64,000 bases of DNA, taken from Eledone cirrhosa (lineage: Eukaryota). This document shows, piece by piece, positions 1 through 12,727 of the stretch (the first letter of the stretch is position 1; the number at the start of each line of letters is the position of its first letter). The position numbers and the translations under genes were made by a program. Below the pieces are notes generated by a model. It saw only the letters and a list, made by a program, of their open reading frames with translations, made no database searches and was not told where the DNA came from. Where the stretch lies: positions 52,700,001-52,764,000 of the forward strand of contig OZ024750.1 in NCBI GenBank assembly GCA_964016885.1, written 5' to 3'.

Positions 1-94
1 CTGAATATTTTGAGCAAGAAGATAAAGATGAAATTGTCTTTAATAAATATCATCTTAAGACATTGTAAGAAACATATGACCTTTCTATTTACAG

Positions 95-262
95 GAAGTT
101 CATAATGACCAGTCAATATGTTATATGTGGCAACTTCGAAGTAATGCTGTCCCTGGGCCATCTTCTCTGGACCTCATTTTCTCTGTCACCTATCGAACAT
201 CTATAGATGAAGATAACCTGTGTAGATTATCAGTGTATAACATCCGTTTAGACAACATACAG
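95..262 (+). CDS. TRAPPC10: TRAPPC10 (TRAPP II subunit, Trs130/TMEM1 homolog), internal coding exon; gene begins upstream of the window
   Basis: Acceptor ctttctatttacag|GAA, donor CAG|gtaagt. 168 bp, open: EVHNDQSICYMWQLRS...LSVYNIRLDNIQ. Splices in phase 0 to the next exon. Confidence 0.8.
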
Positions 263-440
263 GTAAGTTACAGCTATTTCTGTTTAAGGTTGGGGACTTT
301 ATTATTTTTGTTCAGTTGTTGTTGTTAGACCTCTGTCAGTTCTGACAAGTGTTGCAGTTGAGGAACTGTCTGCACATTATAGAGCTTACGGAGATTTTAC
401 ATTTAATTTCTCAAATGTGTTCATTACTCTAATGACTTCC

Positions 441-1008
441 TGTAATAACTTCCTATTAACGTAATAACTCACTACTAATGTAATAACTCACTACTAACGT
501 AATAACTCACTACTAACGTAATAACTCACTACTAACATAATAACTCACTACTAACGTAATAACTCACTACTAACATAATAACTCACTACTAACATAATAA
601 CTCACTACTAACGTAATAACTCACTACTAATGTAGAAACTCCTACTAATGTAATAACTCACTTCTAACGTAATAACTCACTACTAACGTAATAACTCACT
701 TCTAACGTAATAACTCACTACTAATGTAATAACTCACTACTAACGTAATAACTCACTACTAATGTAGAAACTCACTACTAACGTAATAACTCACTTCTAA
801 CGTAATAACTCACTTCTAATGTAATAACTCACTTCTAACGTAATAACTCACTACTAATGTAATAACTCACTACTAATGTAATAACTCACTACTAACGTAA
901 TAACTCACTACTAACGTAGAAACTCACTACTAACGTAATAACTCACTTCTAACGTAATAACTCACTACTAACGTAATAACTCACTACTAACGTAATAACT
1001 CACTTCTA
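441..1008 (+). repeat. 19-bp intronic minisatellite (TACTAACGTAATAACTCAC)n, about 29 copies
   Basis: Direct tandem repetition; ends just before the polypyrimidine tract of the exon at 1031. Confidence 0.95.
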
Positions 1009-1030
1009 TTACTTTTCTTATTATTTTCAG

Positions 1031-1223
1031 ACACTGTATATGATAACATCTAATATAATCCCTGGTAATGATAATAAATCGTGTAAAGTCGGAAATGTTT
1101 GTCATTTAGACTTCAGTGTGACAAACATTGACACAACCAATGCAGCAACCTCTTCAGACAACCAACTCCTCTATGAAGTTGTTGTTGACCATGTGATGTG
1201 GGCAGTGTGTGGCAGAGTTACAG
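1031..1223 (+). CDS. TRAPPC10: TRAPPC10 coding exon
   Basis: Acceptor ttattttcag|ACA, donor G|gtaacc. TLYMITSNIIPG..CKVGNVCHLDFSVT..LLYEVVVDHVMWAVCGRVT resembles my recollection of the vertebrate TRAPPC10 C-terminus (TLYNV..CRTGSLCSLEV..LMYEVV..WAVCGK). Confidence 0.9.
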
Positions 1224-1258
1224 GTAACCATTTCATTTCTGTACTATTGGAGGGAAAT

Positions 1259-3097
1259 GTGTCCCCAAAAGAAAGAGGCCTGGAAATGTTACTATGAGAG
1301 ATTGATGAATGTAGAAAATGGATGGGAGGAAGAGAGACTACCCTCAACCTACCCAACAGAAGGACTATTGAAGTTGATAGTTTTAGGGTCAAAGATGCAA
1401 TCAGGGGAATGAAGAATGGTAAAGCTGAGGGACCATCAGAGATAGCTGCTGTGATACTAAACACATCAGTAGAGGTAGGAGTCAAGCTAGTAACCTACAT
1501 AGTCAATCAGATAATACAGAATGGAGTTATACCCAATGACTGATGCAACAGTATAATTGTAAATTGCTACAAAGATAAAGGTGACACCCTAGAAAGGAGC
1601 AACTATAGAGGAATAGAACTAATGGACCGAGTTATGAAAGTGACGGAAAGTATTATAGCACAACTAATTAGGGAAAGAGTAAAATTAGACGAGATTCAGT
1701 TTGGTTTCATACCTTGGAAAAGTACTACAGATGCCTGCTTATTTGTGAGGCAACTACAAGAGAAGTTTCTAGCCAAAAATAAGCCACTATATTTAGCTTT
1801 TGTTGATCTAGAGGAGGCCTTTGACAGAGTACTTCAATCTATTATCTGGTGGTCCTTAAGGAAATTAGGTGTAGAAGAATGGCTTGTGAGAGCAGTTCAA
1901 GATATGTACAGATGTCAGTAAAGTGAGAATAGGAAGTGAATTTAGTGAGGAATTCAAGGTACAGGTAGGAGTTCATCAAGTTTAGTTCTTAGCCCACTGC
2001 TGTTCATCATAGTTCTCCAGGCCATAACAGGAGTTTAAAACTGGCTGTCCATGGGAACTTCTCTATGTAGATGATTTGTTCCTTATACCTGTTCCTTAAA
2101 GAACTAGAAAATATGTTTCGATTATGGAAACAGAATTTTGAATTAAAAGATCTGAGAGTAAATTTAGTCAAAACTAAGACAGGACCCTGATCCCTTCATG
2201 CCTACCCCATATGTAGAAAAGGGGTAGGCATAAACTCTAAACAGTGTACACAATGTAAATTTTGGCTACACAAGAGATGTAGTGGGATAATGGGTAGACT
2301 GATAGGAAAGGAAGACTTTGTATGTAGAAGATGCACAGGAGTAATCGAGGGGAAAATAGCCAGTGATGTAAACCTTTTCAAGTCACAGGAATGGTCCATA
2401 GAAGTGGTTGATAGCTTCTGCTATCTAGGTGACTTAATCAGTAGTGGAGGAGGGTACTCTGAGAGCATAATAGCTAGAATAAGGATGGGATGGAAAAAGT
2501 TTAGAGAGCTACTCCCACTGTTAACAACAAAAGGTTTCTCCCTATGTACAAAAGGATGACTGTATGATGTCTGTATGGGAAATGTGATGCTGCATGTAAG
2601 TGAAACATGGGCTGTGACAGCAGAGGACATGTGGTGCTACATGGTAGTGAAAGATGGGCTGTGACAGCAGAGGACATGTGCTGCTACATGGTAGTGAAAG
2701 ATGGGCTGTGACAGCAGAGGACATGCTTAGACTGGAGAGAAATGAAGCAGTTATGCTTTGTTGGATGTGCAATGTAAATGTGAGAGAAAGACAGAGTTTA
2801 GATGAACTGATGGAAAAGCTTGGTTTAAGAGGAATCCAAGGTGGTGTGCATTGGTATTGATATGTGATGTGCATGAATGATCACTGGGTGAATAAATATT
2901 AGGAAATGCCAGTGGAAGGATGTCTCAGTAGAGGTAGACCAAGAAAACCTGGGTAGATGTTGTGAGAGCTGACCTCAAATCACTGAGACTCAAAGAGGAG
3001 ATGACAATGAAATGCAGCAAGTGGAGATACGATGTGCTGAAAAAAGGACCCATGCAAGCGTGGAAAAATGGACATAAAAAACAATGTTGATGATGAT
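1259..3097 (+). mobile_element. Decayed 5'-truncated RTE-clade LINE (RT and 3' end) in a TRAPPC10 intron
   Basis: Fragmented RT peptides (QFGFIP..LYLAFVDLEEAFDRV, VVDSFCYLGD, GWKKFRELLPLL), (TGA)n tail near 3088-3097, internal 44-bp tandem triplication near 2590-2725. Confidence 0.9.
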
Positions 3098-3350
3098 TGT
3101 CATGCAGTGAAAAAAACAAGAAAGAAATATTTGTGAATAGAGAACTAAAAGTGAACGTGACCTATTGGGTCACATTCACTTTTTTATAAATTATGTTCAC
3201 TTAAAAATAATTTTTAAATAATTAAAATATATACAGAATGTATATAATGTAAAATGAAATTGGAAGGCCCATATATATAATGTGTGTGTGTGTGTGTATA
3301 CATATATATATATATGTGTGTGTGTGTATGTATACATATATATGTGTGTG

Positions 3351-3680
3351 TCATCATCATTTCATTTTATGTCCGCATTCTCCCTGCTTGCAAGGGTGGG
3401 ACGGGAACTGATTCTGGCTTGATTTCTACAGCTGGATGCCCTTCCTAACACCAACCTCATTTACAGTGAGTGCTGGGTGCTTTTTTGCCGTGGCACCTCC
3501 ACGACCACTTTACAGTGGAATGATAAGGACCCCAATCCTATCAATCTACAGCTGAGTAAACTGGAGCAATGTGAAATAAAGTGTCTTGCTCAAGGAAACA
3601 ACACATCACCCGGTCTGAGAATTGAACTCACAACCTTTCGATTGCAAGCCCAATGCTCTAACCACTAAGCTATGTGCCTC
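3351..3680 (-). mobile_element. tRNA-derived SINE with RTE-type middle and 3' tail
   Basis: On the minus strand: GGAGGCACATAGCTTAGTGGTTAG (A box), GAGTTCAATTCTC (B box), GTTGGTGTTAGGAAGGGCATCC domain, (TGA)n tail. Near-identical to 63380-63765. Confidence 0.85.
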
Positions 3681-3688
3681 CATTGTGG

Positions 3689-3726
<38 letters not shown>

Positions 3727-3949
3727 GTGGTTGTCTGTGACCTATATACACAGGAAAAACCTTGTATCTCGGCAACCCGTGCTCTGATTTACATGAAACT
3801 TGTTTTATTCCTTTTGTATTCCCATTTCAGAGGCAACTTCCTTTCAAAGTATTTTCCTATTATGTGCCGTTTTGGCTGTATTAAATTACAGACAAGCACA
3901 CAATCACAGAGTTTTAGTAGTATATAGATAGATGGAGACCCAATTATGT

Positions 3950-4330
3950 GTCATCATCATTTAACATCAGTTTTACTATTGCTGGCATGGGTTGAACGGG
4001 TTGTTACAAAGTAGGTCAATACTTCATTAGAGTTGCTATCCTCCCCACCCAGATGGGTGGACTACATCTCACTTGCCATGGTGTTTACAGCTCGATGACT
4101 TTCCTATCATTAACCACTTTACAGAATGTACTAGGTGCATTTTATCATGGCACTGGTACTAGAGAAGTTGTTTTATCCTTGACATAACTGAGGAGTCCTC
4201 TCTACCCTCTATTTAGCATGGTTTTTATGGCTGGATGCCCTTCAATCACTTTACAGAGTGTACTGGGTGCATTTTATTGTGGAACCAAGACTAGTGAGGT
4301 TGTTATAACCTAGACACAAGTGAAAAATCC
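3950..4330 (-). mobile_element. Degenerate SINE/RTE 3' fragments
   Basis: (TCA)n tail and two diverged copies of the ggatgcccttc/ccactttacagagtg motif. Confidence 0.55.
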
Positions 4331-4531
4331 TCTCAATATTTCATGTATTTTTAAAACAATACTTTAAATGTGAAACTGAGCTGGCAGAGCCCCATTGATG
4401 GATTCCTATGATTTCACAGACCGCAAATTGGAAACCACTGATGTAAAGGGTTCCCTCATTATCATCAGTGAATATATTGACTTCTTGTATGACATCCAAT
4501 TAAAATGACAAACATTTGTATTTATTTGCAG

Positions 4532-4654
4532 GAATTGTGACCTTAACTAACTCCAAATTTGACACACAACTACAAGTAATTCCATTAATGGCAGGATTTC
4601 TCCCTTTCCCTCTTATAACCCTGGCTAAATACAAACCAAAGACAGATAGTTCAG
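4532..4654 (+). CDS. TRAPPC10: TRAPPC10 coding exon
   Basis: Acceptor tttatttgcag|, donor |gtaaag, phase 1/1. GIVTLTNSKFDTQLQVIPLMAGFLPFPLITLAKYKP matches the TRAPPC10 motif EVMPLFAGYLPLPDVRLFKY. Confidence 0.9.
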
Positions 4655-4799
4655 GTAAAGGATTCTTTATTTATTTATTTTATCAATCAAATTCTTCATA
4701 ACTCGGGCTCCTCCTGAGATATTCCTGATTTTTTTCTGTAATATATAACAAATATTTTGTTATTTTAGTCAGAGAAGTAAAGGTGGCTTAGTAGTTAGT

Positions 4800-7700
4800 G
4801 TTGTCAGTTGAATCCTGGCGCCACCTAGTGTCCTGATTGTAAGGTTGTCAGTTGAATCCTGGCGCCACCTAGTGTCCTGATTGTAAGGTTGTCAGTTGAT
4901 TCCTAGTGGCACATTGTGTCCTGATTGTAAGGTTGTCAGTTAATTCCTGGTGGCACCTAGTGTCCTGATTGTATGGTGGTCAGTTGATTCCTGGTGGCAC
5001 ATTGTGTCCTGATTGTATGGTTGTCAGTTGATTCCTGGTGGCACATTGTGTCCTGATTGTAAGGTTGTCAGTTGATTCCTGGTGGCACATTGTGTCCTGA
5101 TTGTAAGGTTGTCAGTTGAATCCTGGCGCCACCTAGTGTCCTGATTGTATGGTGGTCAGTTGATTCCTGGTGGCACATTGTGTCCTGATTGTATGGTTGT
5201 CAGTTGATTCCTGGTGGCACATTGTGTCCTGATTGTATGGTTGTCAGTTGATTCCTGGTGGCACATTGTGTCCTGATTGTAAGGTTGTCAGTTGATTCCT
5301 GGTGGCACATTGTGTCCTGATTGTAAGGTTGTCAGTTGATTCCTGGTGGCACATTGTGTCCTGATTGTATGGTTGTCAGTTGATTCCTGGTGGCACATTG
5401 TGTCCTGATTGTAAGGTTGTCAGTTGATTCCTGGTGGCACAGTGTGTCCTGATTGTATGGTTGTCAGTTGATTCCTGGTGGCACATTGTGTCCTGATTGT
5501 AAGGTTGTCAGTTGATTCCTGGTGGCACATTGTGTCCTGATTGTATGGTTGTCAGTTGATTCCTGGTGGCACATTGTGTCCTGATTGTAAGGTTGTCAGT
5601 TGATTCCTGGTGGCACAGTGTGTCATGATTGTAAGGTTGTCAGTTGATTCCTGGTGGCACAGTGTGTCCTGATTGTATGGTTGTCAGTTGATTCCTGGTG
5701 GCACAGTGTGTCATGATTGTAAGGTTGTCAGTTGATTCCTGGTGGCACAGTGTGTCCTGATTGTATGGTTGTCAGTTGATTCCTGGTGGCACAGTGTGTC
5801 ATGATTGTAAGGTTGTCAGTTGATTCCTGGTGGCACAGTGTGTCCTGATTGTATGGTTGTCAGTTGATTCCAGGCGCCACCTAGTGTCCTGATTGTAAGG
5901 TTGTCAGTTGATTCCTAGTGGCACATTGTGTCCTGATTGTATGGTTGTCAGTTGATTCCTAGTGGCACATTGTGTCCTGATTGTAAGGTTGTCAGTTGAT
6001 TCCTAGTGGCACATTGTGTCATGATTGTAAGGTTGTCAGTTGATTCCTGGTGGCACAGTGTGTCATGATTGTAAGGTTGTCAGTTGATTCCTGGTGGCAC
6101 AGTGTGTCCTGATTGTATGGTGGTCAGTTGATTCCTGGTGGCACATTGTGTCCTGATTGTAAGGCTGTCAGTTGATTCCTAGTGGCACATTGTGTCCTGA
6201 TTGTATGGTGGTCAGTTGATTCCAGGCGCCACCTAGTGTCCTGATTGTAAGGTTGTCAGTTGATTCCTAGTGGCACATTGTGTCCTGATTGTAAGGTTGT
6301 CAGTTGATTCCTAGTGGCACATTGTGTCCTGATTGTAAGGTTGTCAGTTGATTCCTAGTGGCACATTGTGTCCTGATTGTAAGGTTGTCAGTTGATTCCT
6401 GGTGGCACATTGTGTCCTGATTGTAAGGTTGTCAGTTGATTCCTGGTGGCACAGTGTGTCCTGATTGTAAGGTTGTCAGTTGATTCCTGGTGGCACAGTG
6501 TGTCCTGATTGTATGGTTGTCAGTTGATTCCAGGCGCCACCTAGTGTCCTGATTGTAAGGTTGTCAGTTGAATCCTGGTGGCACATTGTGTCCTGATTGT
6601 AAGGTTGCCAGTTGAATCCTGGTGGCACATTGTGTCCTGATTGTATGGTTGTCAGTTGATTCCTGGTGGCACAGTGTGTCATGATTGTAAGGTTGTCAGT
6701 TGATTCCTAGTGGCACAGTGTGTCCTGATTGTATGGTTGTCAGTTGATTCCAGGCGCCACCTAGTGTCCTGATTGTAAGGTTGTCAGTTGATTCCTAGTG
6801 GCACATTGTGTCCTGATTGTATGGTTGTCAGTTGATTCCTAGTGGCACATTGTGTCCTGATTGTAAGGTTGTCAGTTGATTCCTGGTGGCACATTGTGTC
6901 CTGATTGTAAGGTTGTCAGTTGATTCCTAGTGGCACATTGTGTCCTGATTGTAAGGTTGTCAGTTGATTCCTGGTGGCACATTGTGTCCTGATTGTAAGG
7001 TTGTCAGTTGATTCCTGGTGGCACATTGTGTCCTGATTGTAAGGTTGTCAGTTGATTCCTGGTGGCACATTGTTTCCTGATTGTAAGGTTGTCAGTTGAT
7101 TCCTGGTGGCACATTGTGTCCTGATTGTATGGTTGTCAGTTGATTCCTGGTGGCACATTGTGTCCTGATTGTAAGGTTGTCAGTTGATTCCTGGTGGCAC
7201 ATTGTGTCCTGATTGTAAGGTTGTCAGTTGATTCCTGGTGGCACATTGTGTCCTGATTGTAAGGTTGTCAGTTGATTCCTAGTGGCACATTGTGTCCTGA
7301 TTGTATGGTGGTCAGTTGATTCCTGGTGGCACATTGTGTCCTGATTGTAAGGTTGTCAGTTGATTCCTGGTGGCACATTGTGTCCTGATTGTAAGGTTGT
7401 CAGTTGATTCCTAGTGGCACATTGTGTCCTGATTGTATGGTGGTCAGTTGATTCCTGGTGGCACATTGTGTCCTGATTGTAAGGTTGTCAGTTAATTCCT
7501 GGTGGCACATTGTGTCCTGATTGTAAGGTTGTCAGTTGATTCCTGGTGGCACATTGTGTCCTGATTGTAAGGTTGTCAGTTGATTCCTAGTGGCACATTG
7601 TGTCCTGATTGTATGGTGGTCAGTTGATTCCTGGTGGCACATTGTGTCCTGATTGTATGGTGGTCAGTTGATTCCTGGTGGCACATTGTGTCCTGATTGT

Positions 7701-9101
7701 AAGGTTGTCAGTTGATTCCTGGTGGCACATTGTGTCCTGATTGTATGGTTGTCAGTTGATTCCTGGTGGCACATTGTGTCCTGATTGTATGGTTCTCAGT
7801 TGATTCCTGGTGGCACATTGTGTCCTGATTGTATGGTTGTCAGTTGATTCCTGGTGGCACATTGTGTCCTGATTGTAAGGTGGTCAGTTGATTCCTGGTG
7901 GCACATTGTGTCCTGATTGTAAGGTTGTCAGTTAATTCCTGGTGGCACATTGTGTCCTGATTGTATGGTTGTCAGTTAATTCCTGGTGGCACATTGTGTC
8001 CTGATTGTAAGGTTGTCAGTTAATTCCTGGTGGCACCTAGTGTCCTGATTGTATGGTGGTCAGTTGATTCCTGGTGGCACCTAGTGTCCTGATTGTATGG
8101 TGGTCAGTTGATTCCTGGTGGCACATTGTGTCCTGATTGTATGGTTGTCAGTTGATTCCTGGTGGCACATTGTGTCCTGATTGTATGGTGGTCAGTTGAT
8201 TCCTGGTGGCACATTGTGTCCTGATTGTATGGTGGTCAGTTGATTCCTGGTGGCACATTGTGTCCTGATTGTAAGGTTGTCAGTTGATTCCTGGTGGCAC
8301 ATTGTGTCCTGATTGTATGGTGGTCAGTTGATTCCTGGTGGCACATTGTGTCCTGATTGTATGGTGGTCAGTTAATTCCTGGTGGCACATTGTGTCCTGA
8401 TTGTAAGGTTGTCAGTTGATTCCTGGTGGCACATTGTGTCCTGATTGTAAGGTTGTCAGTTGATTCCTGGTGGCACATTGTGTCCTGATTGTAAGGTTGT
8501 CAGTTGATTCCTGGTGGCACATTGTGTCCTGATTGTAAGGTTGTCAGTTGATTCCTGGTGGCACATTGTGTCCTGATTGTAAGGTTGTCAGTTGATTCCT
8601 GGTGGCTCATTGTGTCCTGATTGTATGGTGGTCAGTTAATTCCTGGTGGCACATTGTGTCCTGATTGTAAGGTTGTCAGTTGATTCCTGGTGGCACATTG
8701 TGTCCTGATTGTAAGGTTGTCAGTTGATTCCTGGTGGCACATTGTGTCCTGATTGTATGGTGGTCAGTTAATTCCTGGTGGCACATTGTGTCCTGATTGT
8801 ATGGTGGTCAGTTGATTCCTGGTGGCACATTGTGTCCTGATTGTATGGTGGTCAGTTGATTCCTGGTGGCACATTGTGTCCTGATTGTAAGGTTGTCAGT
8901 TGATTCCTGGTGGCACATTGTGTCCTGATTGTAAGGTTGTCAGTTGATTCCTGGTGGCACATTGTGTCCTGATTGTAAGGTTGTCAGTTGATTCCTGGTG
9001 GCACATTGTGTCCTGATTGTAAGGTTGTCAGTTGATTCCTGGTGGCACATTGTGTCCTGATTGTAAGGTTGTCAGTTGATTCCTGGTGGCACATTGTGTC
9101 C
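4800..9101 (+). repeat. 44-bp minisatellite, about 98 copies, amplified inside a tRNA-derived SINE
   Basis: Unit GATTGTAAGGTTGTCAGTTGATTCCTGGTGGCACATTGTGTCCT. Preceded by an A-box-like GGTGGCTTAGTAGTTAG and followed by SINE body sequence. Confidence 0.95.
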
Positions 9102-9285
9102 TTCAGCAAGATGCATTATTTCACATTCTTTGGTCCTCTTAGACAGAAAAAGGAAGAGTTGTACTTGTAATTGAAAGGGCCAGCTGTGTCATAGAGTGAG
9201 AATTACATTATGGCTACACGTGTCTGTGGCTTGCTCGGCTACTTGCACTTCAATTTCACGAGCAGGCTGAAACACTCCTCATCAG
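9102..9285 (+). mobile_element. SINE body continuing after the 44-bp array
   Basis: tcagcaagatgcattatttcacatt corresponds to tgagcaagacactttatttcacgtt of the SINE at 60531-60650. Confidence 0.6.
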
Positions 9286-9927
9286 AATCAATGGAGTCTA
9301 GCAACAAGGCAGGGAGGAGCAATGTCTATGACCCCATTTCAGGGCCTCTGAGACTAAGGAAGAGGAAAGGACGAAGGTGTCATCAAACCAGAAACCTCGC
9401 TTGAATGCTTGTGACAAAAATTGATTCCACTAAAAGACCTAAGAGCCAGGTGGTCGGGGTGGACTGAATTATGAGTGTGGTCCACCACCTAAGTTGCACT
9501 ACCACTTTACAGAGTGTACTGGGTGTATTATATAGCATTACCACTTTACAGAGTGTACTGGGTGTATTATATACCACTACCACTTTACAGAGAGCATTTG
9601 GTGCCAAATTAGTTTTTTGAAGGGAAAATAAATAAAATAGTTCAGCAGTAAGAATACCTTTGATAATCAAGGGAAAGGGTCAAGTAACTCACACCAATGT
9701 ACGTTTAGTTGGCTTCCTATAAAGTTGCATCTCATAGGAAGTTTCTCAGGTGTTTCAATGATAGAGGACCCCCAATTTTATGGAAAGAAATGTGATATGA
9801 TAACCACTAGATCACACTTGATCACATGCCTTCACTGTCCTTGCAAAAGTACTCCGACACCAGCCCAGCTTTTCAACTATAAATTCAGCTATGTGATTTT
9901 TATGACTCCTTTTTTTCCATTTAACAG

Positions 9928-10094
9928 ATTGTTCACATAGGAAATCTTCAGAAGACTGTGAAAATGATTCATCAAGCAATTTTTCCAAAGAACATTTTAA
10001 AAATGAACAGGTTTATAACAGCAGCCTTGGCAAGCAGATACACATATATTCTGAACAGAGTAGTGGTAACCTAGAAACTATGATGGTTTACTGA
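9928..10094 (+). CDS. TRAPPC10: TRAPPC10 terminal coding exon with stop codon
   Basis: Acceptor ttttccatttaacag|, phase 1. DCSHRKSSED...EQVYNSSLGKQIHIYSEQSSGNLETMMVY* matches the TRAPPC10 end motif QVFNSSSGTQVLV. TGA at 10092-10094. Confidence 0.85.
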
Positions 10095-10674
10095 AAACAT
10101 GGTTCACAGAGAGAGAAACACAGAAAGGTTCCAACCAATCAAAATTACTTTGACCCCCCCCCCCTCTCCTCCACTCCTCTTCATTGGCAACATAGGTTGC
10201 CTATATCTATAATGACAAACATTTACAGAAATGTTTATTTTATATCTCCTCCACTGTGACTTGGTTACTATGGTTAGGAAGTTCACTAAGAGGTCTTGTT
10301 CAAAATACCACATTCTACTTTAATGTGGGGTTAAAGTTGGGGTTAATGCCAACGAAACTGAGATAAGCTCCAGCATGATAAAGCTACAGGCTTGGGACAG
10401 ACTTTAACTAGAATATATGTTTATTTAAACATATACAGCTAATAGGTTATTTTAATATTAGGATTAAAGTAGACCAGTCATATATTAGGAGGAGGACTCA
10501 ATACAAGGTTAAGTGGTTAACCATCTTCATTTTTTGTGTTTTACACAACTACTTTTGTTTCAAATACATATAAACTTATATTCTCTTCAGAAACACTTCC
10601 ATTGTTTCTGATGAGGATTTTGGTTAACTTGCATTGGAGACAAAAATACTTCTGTAAAACACCTACAAAGAAAT

Positions 10675-10728
10675 GTATATGTGTATATATATATGTGTTT
10701 ATATATATATATGTATATATATATGTGT

Positions 10729-10760
<32 letters not shown>

Positions 10761-11859
10761 TTATATATATATATATATATATATATGTGTTTATATATAT
10801 ATATATATATGTGTTTATATATATATATATATATATATGTGTTTATATATATATATATATATATATGTGTTTATATATATATATATATATATATGTGTTT
10901 ATATATATATATATATATATATGTGTTTATTGTGCAGAGGATATACGCAGACTAGAGAGGAACGAAGCTTGCATGCTCCGCTGGATGTGTAACAGTAATA
11001 TACGTGAACGGCAAAGCATAAACGAACTAAGGAAAAAATTAGAGATAAGAGGGATCAGATGTTGTTTACTCGAGAGAAGGCTGCGTTGGTATGGACACGT
11101 GATGCGCATGAAAGTCGATAGCTGTATTACAAAGTGCAGGGCAATAAAGATAGACGGTAGCCACGGAATAGGCAGACCTAGAAAAACATGGGATGAGCTG
11201 ATAAACTCCGACCTCACACACTTACACCTCTCCAAGACAATGTCACTGGACCGTGACCTTTGGCGGTACTCAGTAACAGAGAAGACCCGCCTTGCCAGTA
11301 GGCATCTCTAACAAAATACACCCCTCCCGCCGCCACCCCCACCCCATCCACACCACCCCGTTCTATGTAAAGTTATGTTGGTGCCGCGCCATCCAGGCCG
11401 AAACAAATGAGATCGTGTAGGTGTCACGACAAAAAAACACACAGTCCACGCTGTAATGTGGCCGTGTAGGCAACACGGTAAAAACCTCCCAGACCCACAC
11501 TGTAAATGTGGTTGGTGTTAGGAAGGGCATCCAACTGTAGAAAACCTGCCAGACAGTCCTATGCGAGCAAGACAATCACTCTTGCCTCAAGTGGGACTAC
11601 CCCCGTCCAAACCCATGCAAGCGTGGAACACGGACGTTAAACGTTGATGATGATGATGATGATGATGATATGTGTGTTTATATATATATATATATATATA
11701 TGTGTTTATATATATATATATATATATGTGTTTATATATATATATATATATGTGTTTATATATATATATATATATATATGTGTTTATATATATATATATA
11801 TATATGTGTTTATATATATATATATATATATGTGTTTATATATATATATATATATATGT

Positions 11860-11907
<48 letters not shown>

Positions 11908-11915
11908 ATATATAT
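10675..11915 (+). mobile_element. RTE 3' fragment (10928-11668) inserted in a (TA)nTGTGTT microsatellite
   Basis: [38 protein letters not shown], composite 3' UTR, (GAT)n tail. The same microsatellite flanks both sides. Confidence 0.9.
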
Positions 11916-12727
11916 ATGGTTCTGGAGATCGTACTCATACTAGCTCAAAGGTGAAGAACTCAAAGCTATTATATGAATGGATATATTCTTACAATATGGC
12001 CAACTTGTTTCTACCTTTATTTACTGAGCTTCATCAGAGATGTCTTCTGTGATGAAGCTTAGTGATTAAATGCATAATCATGTAAGAATATAAATAGATG
12101 TATTCACACACACACATGAGAGGAATACACATATATATGAGAAAAATTAGAAAATGTAAAAGGTTTTTCTTACTTTATGAATTAAGAGTTTTGAAGTATA
12201 AACATAAACTTATCTTTTTCTTTAGTTATGGCATTGTTTATCAAGAAATCAAGGGGGACATTATTTATAAAGAAAAAAATGTATTATGTTAAAAATATTT
12301 GTTGGTTTTAAAAAATGTTGAATTTTATTAAAACAAGAAAAAAATCTAAACAGATATTGAATAATATTGTTTTTGTCTGAGAACATTTGTTGCTCCATAG
12401 CTATGTAGTTGTTTTACAGATTACACTTCATCTAATACATGGCAAGGTAAACATAAAGACAATGATGATGATGATTTCCAATTAGTCATTAGGAAATTTT
12501 CCTAATTGGACAGATTCCATGATAACTAGTGAGATCTCCCAGGATTGCTGCTCTCTTCTGCCAAATCAGAATGAAGGCATTTTATCTGAGCAAGGAGCCC
12601 CAGGAAGTGGAATGGATGATGCTGTTGGTATTGCTAGCTGTACTACCTGTACTACTAAATATGTGCAGTTTCTTTAGTTTTTGTTGCATATATTCTCAAG
12701 TAAATAGAAACATGGGACCCACAAAGA

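Noticed and set aside
3147-3183. 16-bp-stem hairpin AAAAGTGAACGTGACC/GGTCACATTCACTTTT
   Set aside because: It looks like a bacterial terminator, which is not meaningful in a eukaryotic intron, and it is too short to classify.
4800-9101. CRISPR-like periodic arrays (also 12965, 49135, 52340)
   Set aside because: Head-to-tail units with no unique spacers, no cas genes, and a eukaryotic context.
10546-10620. Tiny palindrome with CTGAAGA/CTGATGA cores
   Set aside because: Helix II and GAAA are plausible on the minus strand, but helix I does not pair. Too decayed to call.
12000-12090. Short inverted repeat ACTGAGCTTCATCA..TGATGAAGCTTAGT resembling an old HHR fold-back
   Set aside because: The helices cannot be completed and chance cannot be excluded.
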